Position numbers and translations under genes: made by a program. Below the pieces are notes generated by a model, which searched no databases, was not told where the DNA came from, and saw only the letters and a list, made by a program, of their open reading frames with translations. From a virus, in IMG/VR virus record IMGVR_UViG_3300045988_179014, positions 160,001 through 224,000 of that record: a DNA stretch of 64,000 nt. One strand, 5' to 3'. Shown here piece by piece: positions 1-10,585 of the stretch. Positions within the stretch are counted from its first letter, which is position 1, and each line of letters begins with the position of its first letter.

Positions 1-101
1 TACCACCACCAGTATCCGCATTAGCCATGATTGGTACTGCAAACACCATCGCTAGAGCCACCGTAACGGCAGCGAACCAATGTGCAAAATGCCTTTTCAT
101 T

Positions 102-1157
102 TTATTCGTCCACCTTTAGGCTTGCGTCATCAATCAGCACGGTATGTTTACTGTCGTTCAAGCCTGTTGCATTTGATACGAGTTTCAGGGTTAATGTACC
201 TGTTTTCTCTAACTTACTTTGGTCTTTGGCCCAAGCAGTGAATTGTACTTGTGCGGTAAGATTCACTGTATATTGCTGGGTTGATTGGTCATATGTGAAT
301 TCAGTATTGCTGGAAGTAATTTTGCCATACCAACGCGGACCAGATGTAAGAAGTTTATCCCCCAAATTGTAGTCATTCCCAGCCCAATCAGCATATACTG
401 GCACATATTCTGAAAACGGTTTAGTAGCATTCTCCGTTATCCATCGAGCTGTAAACATGTCGGAAATGGAGTTAATGTTGAATTCAGTATTACCAGGATG
501 ACCAGAATATTGATTCAGCGCCCATCCCCCAAAAGTTGGATTCAGTAAACGTTCAAGATGCGCTCCAACTTGAGCATTAAATGATTCAGCAGTCCAATAA
601 CTGTATTGAGGGTTGAGACTTCCATCTTCAAGTGTTTGTTTATCCGAATCTGCTGTATAACCTGATTCCTCTGAGGGAAGACTATTACCAGCCAATCCAA
701 CCTCAGTTGAGTTCATAGTAGCAATAATTTTGGATTTTATCTCAGATTTGTCTTGTTCCTCATAGCTTTTTGTTTGCCAATCCTCCATAGATGTTGGGAA
801 GAACAAACCTTCCTGTCTGTAGAAATCTTCAGGGGTGAGCGCATCAGATGGAGGTGGCACAGACGGCGCAGCCACAGTCGCATCTGTCATATCCTGTTCC
901 CCATCGCCAACATTTTGATTACCCCCCAACGGATTCCATAAAATCAAACTGGTAACAAGAGCAGCAATAGTTAAACCTCCACCCGTAAAAATGGCAGCCC
1001 TTTTAATCCTTTCAGGTTTTTGTGCCTGTCTAAGGGCTTTATCTTCTTTCTCCCGGTCCTTAGCATCAGCAGTGATTAATTCTTCAATGGAAAGAATTTT
1101 ATCACTGTCATTTTCCGGAAGGGGAGGAATGTTCAGGTTGTCTTCTACCTTGCTCAT
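102..1157 (-). CDS. Membrane-anchored hypothetical protein (N-terminal TM, large extracytoplasmic domain)
   Basis: The 351-aa ORF starts behind GGAGAACA, N3, then ATG. An N-terminal hydrophobic segment AAIFTGGGLTIAALVTSLILW is present. No recognisable catalytic motif was seen. Confidence 0.5.
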   Translation of the reverse strand: MSKVEDNLNIPPLPENDSDKILSIEELITADAKDREKEDKALRQAQKPERIKRAAIFTGGGLTIAALVTSLILWNPLGGNQNVGDGEQDMTDATVAAPSVPPPSDALTPEDFYRQEGLFFPTSMEDWQTKSYEEQDKSEIKSKIIATMNSTEVGLAGNSLPSEESGYTADSDKQTLEDGSLNPQYSYWTAESFNAQVGAHLERLLNPTFGGWALNQYSGHPGNTEFNINSISDMFTARWITENATKPFSEYVPVYADWAGNDYNLGDKLLTSGPRWYGKITSSNTEFTYDQSTQQYTVNLTAQVQFTAWAKDQSKLEKTGTLTLKLVSNATGLNDSKHTVLIDDASLKVDE

Positions 1158-1235
1158 TGTTCTCCAACTTTGTTGACATGAATAAACAAATAATGTTCAT
1201 GCCGAATATCATCACACTGGAAAACAAAAACCTTG

Positions 1236-1796
1236 TCAGGGCAGAATCATGAACAAACCTGTTATCAATGCAGAACACAAAATCGGTATGGGGAAAGAAA
1301 CACGAGAACGATTCTGGAACTCGTTGTAATGTTCCTTCAAACGATTGGGTATTTGTGCAATATTTAATGTGGGACGTTCACCCATGGAATGCAACACAAT
1401 CATCTGACGAATCATGCCCCATCCAGCAAGCATGATTAATGTTGTCATAACAAAAATAGCCTGAAAATGCCAACCCAGATACCATGGTGACAATCCCAGA
1501 AAAGCCAGAATCGCCCCATAGTCCATAGAATTCAAACGTTTTCCCAATAAACCAGTCAACACAATAACAATACTTAATGCAACAATACCTTGGAATAGTT
1601 GAAACCATGGAAACACTTGGTCAACCAGATAATGACTCAATGCATTAATTGAAACCATAAGAAAATATATTGGCAAGATTTTTCGTAGTGATGTTTTGAA
1701 TAGTTTTACAAGGAGAAGACCAATGATAAGCGACCCTAAATGTAATGCGAACATTGTTTCCAAAAATGCCATGTCAATCATCAATTCTGGTTCCAC
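1236..1796 (-). CDS. Polytopic small membrane protein; weak resemblance to A24/TadV-type prepilin peptidase
   Basis: The 186-aa protein has four or more hydrophobic helices. The segment 'LNSMDYGAILAFLGLSPWYLGW' loosely resembles the peptidase A24 'G-x-G-D-V-K-L-L-A-x-L-G-x-W-L-G' block. The peptidase assignment is tentative. Confidence 0.3.
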   Translation of the reverse strand: MEPELMIDMAFLETMFALHLGSLIIGLLLVKLFKTSLRKILPIYFLMVSINALSHYLVDQVFPWFQLFQGIVALSIVIVLTGLLGKRLNSMDYGAILAFLGLSPWYLGWHFQAIFVMTTLIMLAGWGMIRQMIVLHSMGERPTLNIAQIPNRLKEHYNEFQNRSRVSFPIPILCSALITGLFMILP

Positions 1797-3046
1797 TCTT
1801 GCAACAAATCCAGTTCATCATCGCTGTCTTCATCTTGACCATTCAAAAAAGTGATATGTTGTGATGTCTTGGATTCATCAATGATTTCAACAGTGCTCAT
1901 ATTTTGGTTGTTTTTGTCATGCGTTGAGTTGAAAACATGGGCTTCGTTGTTCTGTTTCTTGTAGTTAAATGGCTGATGTGGTAATCCTATACCAGAAAAA
2001 CTTGGTAGTGGCTCATCATCTGAAGCTATGAACAATGATTCTTCATCTGTTTCCACATTGTTCATGTATCCATCATCAACATTTTGAACAGGTGGTAACG
2101 TATCTTGGTCTTCCAAACGTTCTTGTAAAGCGGCTAAATTGCTTTTCAACTGATACACTTCATCATGCAGTTCTTGGTTTTCGATTGACAGTACTGAGAA
2201 CTCATCCTGTAAAGACTCAAACTTCTGTCGTTCCTGGCTGCTGAGACCATCATCTTTGGATTGATTTTGTTCTTTCAATGATTGTACAAGAATTCGTAGC
2301 CGCTCATTTTCTAGCGTCAGCTCATCATGATTTGCTGTTGGCATGATGTTGATACCATTGGCAATTTCTGCTTCATAACGAAGATTGTGCGCATCCACCT
2401 GTAATCTGTCCACAGTTGTTGCCAATTTTGCAATATGTTCATTACGCAGTTTCAGCAATTCCACCAGTTTGGATACTGTGGTTTTTACTTGAGATAGGAA
2501 ACTGTCCACTTGTCCCATTTCGTAACCTTGAGGAACTTGTAAATCAAATTGGATGTCTACAAGGTCTTCTGGAAGGAAAACGTCATTGTCAATTTCAAAG
2601 GTTGCTGGAATTTGTAGTACTTCCAACACATCTTTGATAGCATTCTCATCCACAGGTTTCAAGTTATCCTCAGTGGTGTGAACTTCTGAATGTTTGTCAT
2701 GTGTATTTGATTGTGTTTGAGAATAGTTGTAATCATCATCAATTGCGAAAGCGGATGTGTCATCGAATTTTACATCATTGACCATTGTGTTTTCAGTATT
2801 TTCTGGTATTGATGATGCTGTTTCAGATGTGTTTGAATCAGAGGAATCTGTAGTACCCTCATCCTTCTCTGCGATAATTGGCTCCACTTTTGGTGCAGTA
2901 ATTCGGGGCATGATTTTGCGTGTTTTAGGTTTACGAATTCTAGGTTTTGGAAGAGTTTTGGATTTCTTCTCATCGTAGTCAACCACTTTGATGGTTTCCT
3001 CGCCAAACCCTTGAACCACACTAGCTATTTTGTTTTTGAGCCCCAT
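1781..3046 (-). CDS. Acidic coiled-coil hypothetical protein
   Basis: The 421-aa protein is rich in D, E and Q, with heptad-like stretches such as 'LENERLRILVQSLKEQNQ'. An AAGGAA SD precedes the ATG. No known motif was seen. Confidence 0.5.
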   Translation of the reverse strand: MGLKNKIASVVQGFGEETIKVVDYDEKKSKTLPKPRIRKPKTRKIMPRITAPKVEPIIAEKDEGTTDSSDSNTSETASSIPENTENTMVNDVKFDDTSAFAIDDDYNYSQTQSNTHDKHSEVHTTEDNLKPVDENAIKDVLEVLQIPATFEIDNDVFLPEDLVDIQFDLQVPQGYEMGQVDSFLSQVKTTVSKLVELLKLRNEHIAKLATTVDRLQVDAHNLRYEAEIANGINIMPTANHDELTLENERLRILVQSLKEQNQSKDDGLSSQERQKFESLQDEFSVLSIENQELHDEVYQLKSNLAALQERLEDQDTLPPVQNVDDGYMNNVETDEESLFIASDDEPLPSFSGIGLPHQPFNYKKQNNEAHVFNSTHDKNNQNMSTVEIIDESKTSQHITFLNGQDEDSDDELDLLQEWNQN

Positions 3047-3101
3047 ATATGATTCCTTACCATAACAATCCGTGGGATAAAAGTTGTTTCAAATTCAAAT
3101 A

Positions 3102-3437
3102 TCAATGTCTGTTCAAATCACGAATTGCATCACCATTAAGGAATTCCGCCTCTGTGTAATAAGGTGATTCCCCAGTTTCGACGGTTAACAGCTCCATCCA
3201 CAACTTCAAATATTCAAGTCGAATGAATTCATAATTTTGTTTCAACCAAGCATTGTCCATGACTGTGTAATTTATGCGATTTATCAATTCGTCTGGATAG
3301 AATGGGGGAACTCTGCCCTCATCAGCACGTAACCTCAATTGTTCATGTAATGCAATAACTTGGTCCAAACCATTCATATAATCACAAATAAGAGCATCTG
3401 CAAGACCTGGGAACTCCGTCGGACGTTTATCAGCCAT
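3102..3437 (-). CDS. Hypothetical protein (start re-assigned to the ATG behind AGGAG rather than the upstream TTG of the ORF track)
   Basis: TTAGGAGAATCGTTAAAA precedes ATG GCT GAT, giving MADKRPTEF. The ORF-track start at 3461 is a TTG with no SD. Confidence 0.45.
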   Translation of the reverse strand: MADKRPTEFPGLADALICDYMNGLDQVIALHEQLRLRADEGRVPPFYPDELINRINYTVMDNAWLKQNYEFIRLEYLKLWMELLTVETGESPYYTEAEFLNGDAIRDLNRH

Positions 3438-3509
3438 TTTTAACGATTCTCCTAAAGCCAATTTAGCTTAATTGATACTATTTTATCGCAAAACAAATCA
3501 GGAATTGGG

Positions 3510-6500
3510 CTAGATTTCTATTGTTTCTTCGGTTTTACCCGTATCTGTTACGCCTTTATTGGTTTTGCGTTGATTATGCATGATGCTTTCCAAAACCGTA
3601 TCCAAATCGGTATCAATTTTGCGTCCTATTTCATCGTTGTACCAGCTGATAATAGCTCCAGCATAGGATGCACGAATATAGTCAAATTGTTTTTCTTGCC
3701 AAGCATATGAAATAGTTTGACGGTCCAAATAAGCGTCAAGGAATTCAGGAATATCAGGCATTTTTCCAGTCTTCATGTAACTGTCAATGTCATAGTTGAT
3801 AGAGGTTGACAGAACATGAAGTTTCTTGGCTCGTTGTGATGGAGTCAAACCATAAACATCCAAGTGGTTGTCATAATCGTTAACCAGCTCATGAGTTACA
3901 TTGTCAGTGAAATTACTGCGGAATTGTGTGCTACCTTTGAAACGTTGGTCATATGCATCCGCCAGTTTCTTGCGTTCATCTTGTTGACGTGGAGACATTT
4001 TCTGGTTACGAGGAGATTCAGGAGCACGACGGAAAATAACTTCTGAAGCTTCTGGGTCAACACCGTCCGAATAACATTCCCAACACAGAATATTGCCATC
4101 CATAGTACGACCACCTTGGAAAATAGCTGTACCATTTTGGTCTTCCTCATAACGAATGAGTTTTCCACAGCTGGCACAGGCACTTTGACCATTGAAAATC
4201 TCTTCACTTGGGTCAGTGCCCATAGTTTTTGCTGTCTCATAGGACGCTACCGCATTACGAGCAAACAAATTATTACTGCGATAGCTCATATTGGTGAATT
4301 CATTCTTGAATCCGCTACGTAATCCATCTGTTATCTTTCCACCAGCCATTTTTGCACCTACAGCACCAGCAGTCATTGCTGTAGCCATGCGTCCAGACCC
4401 TTTGAACAGATTAGAGGTACCACGAGTAAAACGTTCCCCAATTCGATTTGCTGTATTGGACAAATTGGCTGAAGCGAATCGGAATGATGCCATGGAGTCA
4501 ATAATCTTGTGACGACTCCTGAACAACAGCACAGCCAACAAAATAAGGATAACCATTCCCTGTGCCCACGACAGACTAGTATCATCCATCATACGAATCA
4601 CGCTAACTGTCAAAGCAATGGAAATAGCCAAAAGAATTCCAGTGGCCAATCGTTTCCCAATAGTGTTGAGAACAAGCTCACCATAACCTTTGAAAATCTC
4701 CCAACCACGATTTGCCCAACACCCACACAAGAGCATGATAGGAGCAAAAGCCATCAATAGAGCCAACCCAAATGCATAAATAGCTGACATTACAGCAAAC
4801 ACGAATGGTACTGACAGACCAACAGCCGCAACCACTACTGAAGACGAAGCAGTCCATACCCTGTTGAAGGAATTATTACCCACCCATGTATCCCAATAAG
4901 GAACTGGTGTGGTAGCTTTTGGAACAGTGTATTTAACAGATGTAGTACCACCATTTGGACCACTTCCGGACACTGATGTTTCAATTTGCTCTTCTTGATA
5001 ATTGGCCATGGCATCAACTATGCGCCACCAGTCATTAGCAACGCCAGAAGTGTATTTACTAGTTTCTCCTTCGTGCCCCATAGGAACATGAACATTGGTT
5101 TGTGTACTGATTTGATAAATGGCCCAGTTGTTCACCACAGAGCCATCACCTAAAGGCACCTCAGCAGTTCCGACCTGCTCCTCATTACCATTATCAATGT
5201 CTGAAGCACCACTTCCTGCCCAAGAAGCTATTTTCCCTTTTGCCCACAACTTGTTCCAATCAGTACCAAACTGACCTTCAGCCCAAGGACGTACCAAGAA
5301 AGTTTGCCAATACTGACATCCAACCGCTGAACGCATATTAGCAGAAGCTTGTGTCAGAATATCTTGCTCATCCTTTTTGTTTCCATCAATGATTTTCGTT
5401 TTATAGCTACCAATGTCAGTTGCGCACAACTCATTACCATTGACAAGCTCTGAATTAACCGCTGACAATAAAAGTGACTGACCTACCACAGCAATTTTGT
5501 TAGGTAGACCAATCCAGAATGTAGGAGCAGCTGCAATAACAATAGCTGCCATATACATGAAAAGAGAACGAAGCAAACCATTCAGTGCATTACGGTACTG
5601 TCTTTTAACAATTCCGGTATAAAAGATGTGCAATCCTGTCAATGCAAAAATTATGACAATGAGAGGAGTGAATACACCTTGATACAGTGCATCAAATATG
5701 CCACCTTTTCCGCCAATGAGAGCATTCAATCCCATAACTTCAGTCACATCGGAAAAAGCAAAGTTGATAAGACCAATAGTTATGACTACCATAGTTTTCG
5801 TAATGTTGAAAATACCATTGGCCATGACGTCATTAATACCAGTGGATAATTGACTACCTAAACCTTTGTTGAATTGTATTGTTCGGATATCAGAGGAATT
5901 AGTCATATCCTCCCAAGTACTGCGTGGTTCCAAACGCTGCTCATAATACAAATTTGCTTTGGGGTCACTTGGTGCGGTTTTAGAATTACATGCATCAATT
6001 ACCATGTACTTCCATTCACCAATATATGCTGTGTATTGCAAACCTGCCACACCAAATCTGTCATATGGGTTTACTTTAACGCCTTTGTTGTAGTTTTTCT
6101 CCCCAGATGTTGTGGGTGGAGTGGTTGTACCATTACCCCCATTAGGGTTTGGTGTCACTCCATCCAATGTATGTCCCGTGATGTCTTCATTGATTTTCTT
6201 GAAACCTGGACCAAAAAGGTTGAGAATCCAGTTCAAACCTGTTTCCACATTGTCATTACCTGATGTGACAGCACTTTTGGACCGAAACAGGAAAGGAATG
6301 TCAGAGGTTTGAGCCCACTGATAAGCAGTTGCGGCAGGTTCCGGCAAAACATCACACATCACCCATTGTGTAATGTCGAACGCTTCTGCCTTTTTGGCAT
6401 TATGAACTGTTAAGAAGCTTGATAATCCTAAAACACCCAATAGTGTTGTTGCAATTAGAGTTGTAATAATCTTTAGGCTATTTTTGGATGTTCTTGTAAC

Positions 6501-6542
6501 TGTACGAGAAGAATCGATGTATGACGCTTTATTAGTTGTCAT
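3510..6542 (-). CDS. Giant polytopic membrane protein, paralog A (candidate VirB6/TcpH/TraG-like channel component)
   Basis: The start is set at MTTNKASY, preceded by GAGGAGG nine nt upstream, so it overlaps the upstream gene by 11 nt. It has an N-terminal anchor, an ectodomain of about 250 aa, a cluster of six or more TM helices and a charged C-terminal tail. It shares 'CQYWQTFLVRPWAEGQFGTDWNKLWA' and 'NNWAIYQISTQT' with paralog B, and 'YIGEW' with paralogs B and C. Confidence 0.65.
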   Translation of the reverse strand: MTTNKASYIDSSRTVTRTSKNSLKIITTLIATTLLGVLGLSSFLTVHNAKKAEAFDITQWVMCDVLPEPAATAYQWAQTSDIPFLFRSKSAVTSGNDNVETGLNWILNLFGPGFKKINEDITGHTLDGVTPNPNGGNGTTTPPTTSGEKNYNKGVKVNPYDRFGVAGLQYTAYIGEWKYMVIDACNSKTAPSDPKANLYYEQRLEPRSTWEDMTNSSDIRTIQFNKGLGSQLSTGINDVMANGIFNITKTMVVITIGLINFAFSDVTEVMGLNALIGGKGGIFDALYQGVFTPLIVIIFALTGLHIFYTGIVKRQYRNALNGLLRSLFMYMAAIVIAAAPTFWIGLPNKIAVVGQSLLLSAVNSELVNGNELCATDIGSYKTKIIDGNKKDEQDILTQASANMRSAVGCQYWQTFLVRPWAEGQFGTDWNKLWAKGKIASWAGSGASDIDNGNEEQVGTAEVPLGDGSVVNNWAIYQISTQTNVHVPMGHEGETSKYTSGVANDWWRIVDAMANYQEEQIETSVSGSGPNGGTTSVKYTVPKATTPVPYWDTWVGNNSFNRVWTASSSVVVAAVGLSVPFVFAVMSAIYAFGLALLMAFAPIMLLCGCWANRGWEIFKGYGELVLNTIGKRLATGILLAISIALTVSVIRMMDDTSLSWAQGMVILILLAVLLFRSRHKIIDSMASFRFASANLSNTANRIGERFTRGTSNLFKGSGRMATAMTAGAVGAKMAGGKITDGLRSGFKNEFTNMSYRSNNLFARNAVASYETAKTMGTDPSEEIFNGQSACASCGKLIRYEEDQNGTAIFQGGRTMDGNILCWECYSDGVDPEASEVIFRRAPESPRNQKMSPRQQDERKKLADAYDQRFKGSTQFRSNFTDNVTHELVNDYDNHLDVYGLTPSQRAKKLHVLSTSINYDIDSYMKTGKMPDIPEFLDAYLDRQTISYAWQEKQFDYIRASYAGAIISWYNDEIGRKIDTDLDTVLESIMHNQRKTNKGVTDTGKTEETIEI

Positions 6543-9500
6543 CCGATTTTCCTCCTCGGTCTTCAATACGTTCTTTGGCTTGTTTTTCGGAAGCTCTGGC
6601 ACGAGCAAACAAACCATTCAGCTGCTCTACCATCATATCTCTTTGATGGAATCTGTCTTCAGTCTTTGACAAATGCGCCATCTTCTTATCCAAGCGTTCT
6701 TGTTGAGCTTGTATACGTTTACGCTGACGTGTTTGTCGTGGGGTTTCAGATTCGCTACGGGTTTCGCGTGCTTCGTCAATGTGTTCCATGACGGCATTAC
6801 GGTCCTCATGGAAATCATTAATCCGTTGTGCGGCGCGTTCCAGGTTAGAGGATTCAGCATATGTTTCTGATTCAAATTTAGCTTTCTTCGCGTCCAAGCT
6901 TTGTTGCAGTTCAGTGGCTTTAGCGATTCTACGGGTGGTTCTAGACATGGAACCGCTCTTCATTGATGGGGCTTTCGGTTTCATCACCTCATGGCCTTCT
7001 GCATCAATTTTAATTTTGCGCCCATCAACATCCGCATCCTCCAACTTGTGCCATGCCTCCAACTCTCGTTCATAATCTTGATACGCTTTTGTCCCTTTCA
7101 AAACCTCATTGGATGTAGCTTTGAAATCATCATGTTCGCGTAGTTTCTTCTGAGTGTCTTCTTTACCTTGTTTAGCGGCTTTCAGCGCGGTTTCAGCTAT
7201 ACGGAAACCACGACGACGTTGTTTGTTACGAAGACTGGCCAATTCATACTTGGCTGATTCTTTCGCACCAGCCGCCATACCTTTAACACCACCAGACAAA
7301 TATCCCCCGATAGCGCCTGTAGCCAATCCGGAAACAGTTGTACCAGTTCGTGCCAATGCGTTGGAAATCAGTCCTCCGCGTTCCAATGTGTGTTTCCTGC
7401 GCCAACCATCAGGGTCACTTACAAACTGTCCTCCTACAGGTGCTCCCATCTTGGCACTGATACCATCAAAAATCATTGTCAAAATGGGCTTTTTCAAACG
7501 AAGGAAGATGAGACAGGTTACAACCAGCATGAGAGAATTGAGTAAATAATTAGTTGATGCATTACCAAAACCGACCAGTACACGGAACATGACTGCCATC
7601 ACCAACACAAGCACAATTCGTTGGATAACAAGACCAATAATTGTTCCCACGTATCCTTTGAGTTTCATCCGTCCTTGTGTAGGGTGAATTCCAATCAAAA
7701 ACATGAGAGGCAGAATCAGTAACATGATTAATGTCACGAAAACAATCTGAATCTTCGTAATTGTATATGCTAAAACAGTAACCATTCCCAATCCACTGAC
7801 CAGAGGCGAAAGCATTCCCACTTGCATTCGAGCACCCATATCTTTGCCAGCCCATGTGTTCAGGTAACGTCCATCTGTTCCTGCGCCACCATTGGGACCA
7901 GCTTGAAGGTCAACCAAACGATAGAAGTTGCGGTCAATGTTTCCAGATGGTCTGCTTGGGTCAGGATGTGATGCTGTACCAGAAGATGTGGTTTGAAGCT
8001 GATACAGAGCCCAGTTTTTGACTGTAACGCCACCACCCATGTTAATGGAAGCATCACCAACCAAACTACCATTGGTGTTGTTCATACGATTAGGATAATT
8101 AGTATTGGATGCATACAAATGGTCAAAATTGGTTCCCCACTGCCCATGCACCCATGAATTGAAAGCAAAAACACGCCAATTCTCACACATTAACCTACGA
8201 GTTGACTCATGAGGCCCATAATCCAAAGTACGCCCATCTAAACCAACATTTTTGTCAGTGGCTACTGTGCCTGAAGCCGTGCAAACCTCATCACCTTCGG
8301 AGTTACCAACAGAATAAATCGACCCAATAACAGCAGCCTCAACTTGTGCAGGAACTCCATCAATCATCTTCAAAGTTTGTTCCGGACGATACATGAGGAA
8401 AACCCCAGTCATAATCGTTCCTGTCATCAGCAACAAACTCACAGCCTGACGTTTATAATCTTTGTTTTTACCAGCGCTCCACAATGCCATCAATCCTGCA
8501 ATGGCTACAGCAAAAGCTACTAATGGGAAAAACACACTATCACGGAAACCTCCAATTAGTTTGACAACCAGATTATCCAATCCAAGTGTTTCAAAAACTG
8601 GGCTGAATGAAAGGTTAATCACAGTATTGGAAACACGCGTGAAGAAAATAGATACACCCAACCCCATACTGGCAAGAGAGGTCGTGATACTGCTCATAGG
8701 TATCAGTGAGGAGAAAATGGATTTGTCAACCAAACCATATCGTGTATCAAGTCCGGGTTTTTCTTGACCGTTGACATAACCGTTCCCAAAAAACCCATCC
8801 TGAATTGGCGGACGTGTTGCTTGGCATTTAGGGTTAAGGTTTCCATTATGGTCATACAGCATTACTGGATTTGGACCATCTTTTATGTCTTTCCCTTTAG
8901 CATCAGTACAAACAAAACGATTCCACGGAGCATTGAAGTTTCTACTTGGGTCAGCTTGCACCCATTCCCGAAGTTTGGCTTCTGTCAACTGTTCTTTAAT
9001 CCATTTGTCATTGGATTCAGTTTGACTACTTTTCTGAGCTTTTTCAGCTGCTTTATCCCAAGCATCCGGCCAACAGGCATTGAAAGTAGCCAAATTCGTG
9101 GCACGATTGTTTTCGTCTGTATCCAAAGTGCAGGAAATACCATATTTTTCAGCCGCATCAAACAATGTCTTATTGGCTTCTTTCCACGCAGCTAATGTCT
9201 CTGCTTTCTGTGTGCCATCTTTTGACCAAACATAATCTGCATTGTCATTGGCGGGTGGGTTACTGCCTGCTTGACGTGTATCATATGCAGCTTTAGCAGC
9301 CGTTTTACATTCATCTTCTGTCGGACCTGGTGCAATGCTTGTGTTCCCCCATGCTTCATTACTACCACTAGAATTGACGAAAGTACATTGAGCAATCGCT
9401 TCTTTCGGGGCTGGAGGACCACCTTGAATTGATTGCAAATCATCAGGAACTTTTGATTTATCAGGAGAGGAATTACTCAACATGTTAATAAGTTGAGATT

Positions 9501-10551
9501 TGGCATTTGCAGCAACTTCTGTACTGGTCAATTCCCGTGCCTGATATAGTGTGCCCCCATACCCTATCCGATACCAAGCGTATGTGTTAAAGACATTTAG
9601 GTCTGATGTATCCAGGATGGAGTTTAGTGTAGCTGAAGTCGCTCCTTCAAAAAACCCAGTGAACATGCCACCAATAGCGCCCAGAACATCACCATTGGAA
9701 ATACTGTTGGAGAAATTCGTCGCAGCACGGTCAACACCACCAGCTATACCATTAGCAATAGCTGTGACAGACATTGTAAGATTATCCATGAAACCGAAAT
9801 TTGACAATGCTCTAGCTGCTGTCATCACTTTTACATGGTCCCATTCACCCAAATAATTGGTGAATTTCATGTTGTAACCAAAAGTTTCTAGTGCTGTGTA
9901 TTTCACTGTTCTGGCACTAGGGTCTACCGGAGCACCACCACCAGGAAGATTACTGGGCAGACCAAACCAGGCAGCATCCAATGTAGCATTTTCCACTTCC
10001 GCATATTGTGGTCCAGTTCGTGCAATAAATCCCAAAAGGTCCTGAAATAGTTCAGTTCCAAGATTTGGTACATCACAGTTGTGGTATAGAGGAGTTCCAG
10101 CAGTTGAAATGTTTACATCACAGTTTTTACCTGAACCGTTGATACCGTTTGGTGCTCCTCCGGCTGCTGAACCAGTGCTTGTTTCGTTCATATACGAAGT
10201 AGTCAAGATTCGTTGAATTACTGAAGCAAAAGTATTGGTTTCTCGTGTTGCTCCACCTTCTTTGTCGAATTTATCCATTGTGGAGTAAAACGAGTCTTCA
10301 GGGTTGTCTTTTTTTACAATGTATGAGTCAGCAGCTTTGTTGATTTTGTCTTTAGCATCGTTTTCGTCAGCAAATGCGGTCTTGGAGGAATTAACGAAAA
10401 CAGAAGTTATGGTAACGATTAAGAATAAAACGGCCAAGGCCCCGCTGAGAAGCGATTTAAGGGCAGCACGAAAACGAGTGGTACCTTGGGTGGGATGACT
10501 CCCGAACCCCATGTAGGAGGCACCTTTAGACTGTTTACGTGAGGTTTGCAT
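6532..10551 (-). CDS. Giant polytopic membrane protein, paralog B (candidate VirB6/TcpH/TraG-like)
   Basis: The 1339-aa protein has an N-terminal TM, an ectodomain of about 600 aa and a multi-TM core. Its C-terminal tail is a coiled coil rich in K, E and R. 'CENWRVFAFNSWVHGQWGTNFDHLYA', 'KNWALYQLQTT' and 'YLGEW' align with paralog A. Confidence 0.65.
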   Translation of the reverse strand: MQTSRKQSKGASYMGFGSHPTQGTTRFRAALKSLLSGALAVLFLIVTITSVFVNSSKTAFADENDAKDKINKAADSYIVKKDNPEDSFYSTMDKFDKEGGATRETNTFASVIQRILTTSYMNETSTGSAAGGAPNGINGSGKNCDVNISTAGTPLYHNCDVPNLGTELFQDLLGFIARTGPQYAEVENATLDAAWFGLPSNLPGGGAPVDPSARTVKYTALETFGYNMKFTNYLGEWDHVKVMTAARALSNFGFMDNLTMSVTAIANGIAGGVDRAATNFSNSISNGDVLGAIGGMFTGFFEGATSATLNSILDTSDLNVFNTYAWYRIGYGGTLYQARELTSTEVAANAKSQLINMLSNSSPDKSKVPDDLQSIQGGPPAPKEAIAQCTFVNSSGSNEAWGNTSIAPGPTEDECKTAAKAAYDTRQAGSNPPANDNADYVWSKDGTQKAETLAAWKEANKTLFDAAEKYGISCTLDTDENNRATNLATFNACWPDAWDKAAEKAQKSSQTESNDKWIKEQLTEAKLREWVQADPSRNFNAPWNRFVCTDAKGKDIKDGPNPVMLYDHNGNLNPKCQATRPPIQDGFFGNGYVNGQEKPGLDTRYGLVDKSIFSSLIPMSSITTSLASMGLGVSIFFTRVSNTVINLSFSPVFETLGLDNLVVKLIGGFRDSVFFPLVAFAVAIAGLMALWSAGKNKDYKRQAVSLLLMTGTIMTGVFLMYRPEQTLKMIDGVPAQVEAAVIGSIYSVGNSEGDEVCTASGTVATDKNVGLDGRTLDYGPHESTRRLMCENWRVFAFNSWVHGQWGTNFDHLYASNTNYPNRMNNTNGSLVGDASINMGGGVTVKNWALYQLQTTSSGTASHPDPSRPSGNIDRNFYRLVDLQAGPNGGAGTDGRYLNTWAGKDMGARMQVGMLSPLVSGLGMVTVLAYTITKIQIVFVTLIMLLILPLMFLIGIHPTQGRMKLKGYVGTIIGLVIQRIVLVLVMAVMFRVLVGFGNASTNYLLNSLMLVVTCLIFLRLKKPILTMIFDGISAKMGAPVGGQFVSDPDGWRRKHTLERGGLISNALARTGTTVSGLATGAIGGYLSGGVKGMAAGAKESAKYELASLRNKQRRRGFRIAETALKAAKQGKEDTQKKLREHDDFKATSNEVLKGTKAYQDYERELEAWHKLEDADVDGRKIKIDAEGHEVMKPKAPSMKSGSMSRTTRRIAKATELQQSLDAKKAKFESETYAESSNLERAAQRINDFHEDRNAVMEHIDEARETRSESETPRQTRQRKRIQAQQERLDKKMAHLSKTEDRFHQRDMMVEQLNGLFARARASEKQAKERIEDRGGKSDDN

Positions 10552-10585
10552 ATACCTCGTCTCCCCTTGTGTGAGTTATCATCAT

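Noticed and set aside
3438-3461. ORF-track N-terminal extension of 3102..3461 starting at TTG
   Set aside because: The TTG has no ribosome-binding site. The in-frame ATG 8 codons downstream has a canonical AGGAG, so the shorter gene was used.
6543-6617. 86-nt overlap between the two giant genes implied by the ORF track, with a 1035-aa version starting MVCLLVPE
   Set aside because: The internal ATG (MTTNK) has a perfect GAGGAGG SD at 9 nt and reduces the overlap to 11 nt. The upstream extension is probably not translated.
6779-9856. Multiple plus-strand ORFs of 60 to 143 aa inside the giant minus-strand genes (6779..7075, 7154..7549, 8462..8767, 8764..9195 and 9551..9856)
   Set aside because: They lie entirely antisense to long, motif-supported CDSs. 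They have no SD and low-complexity or odd composition, so they are shadow ORFs.
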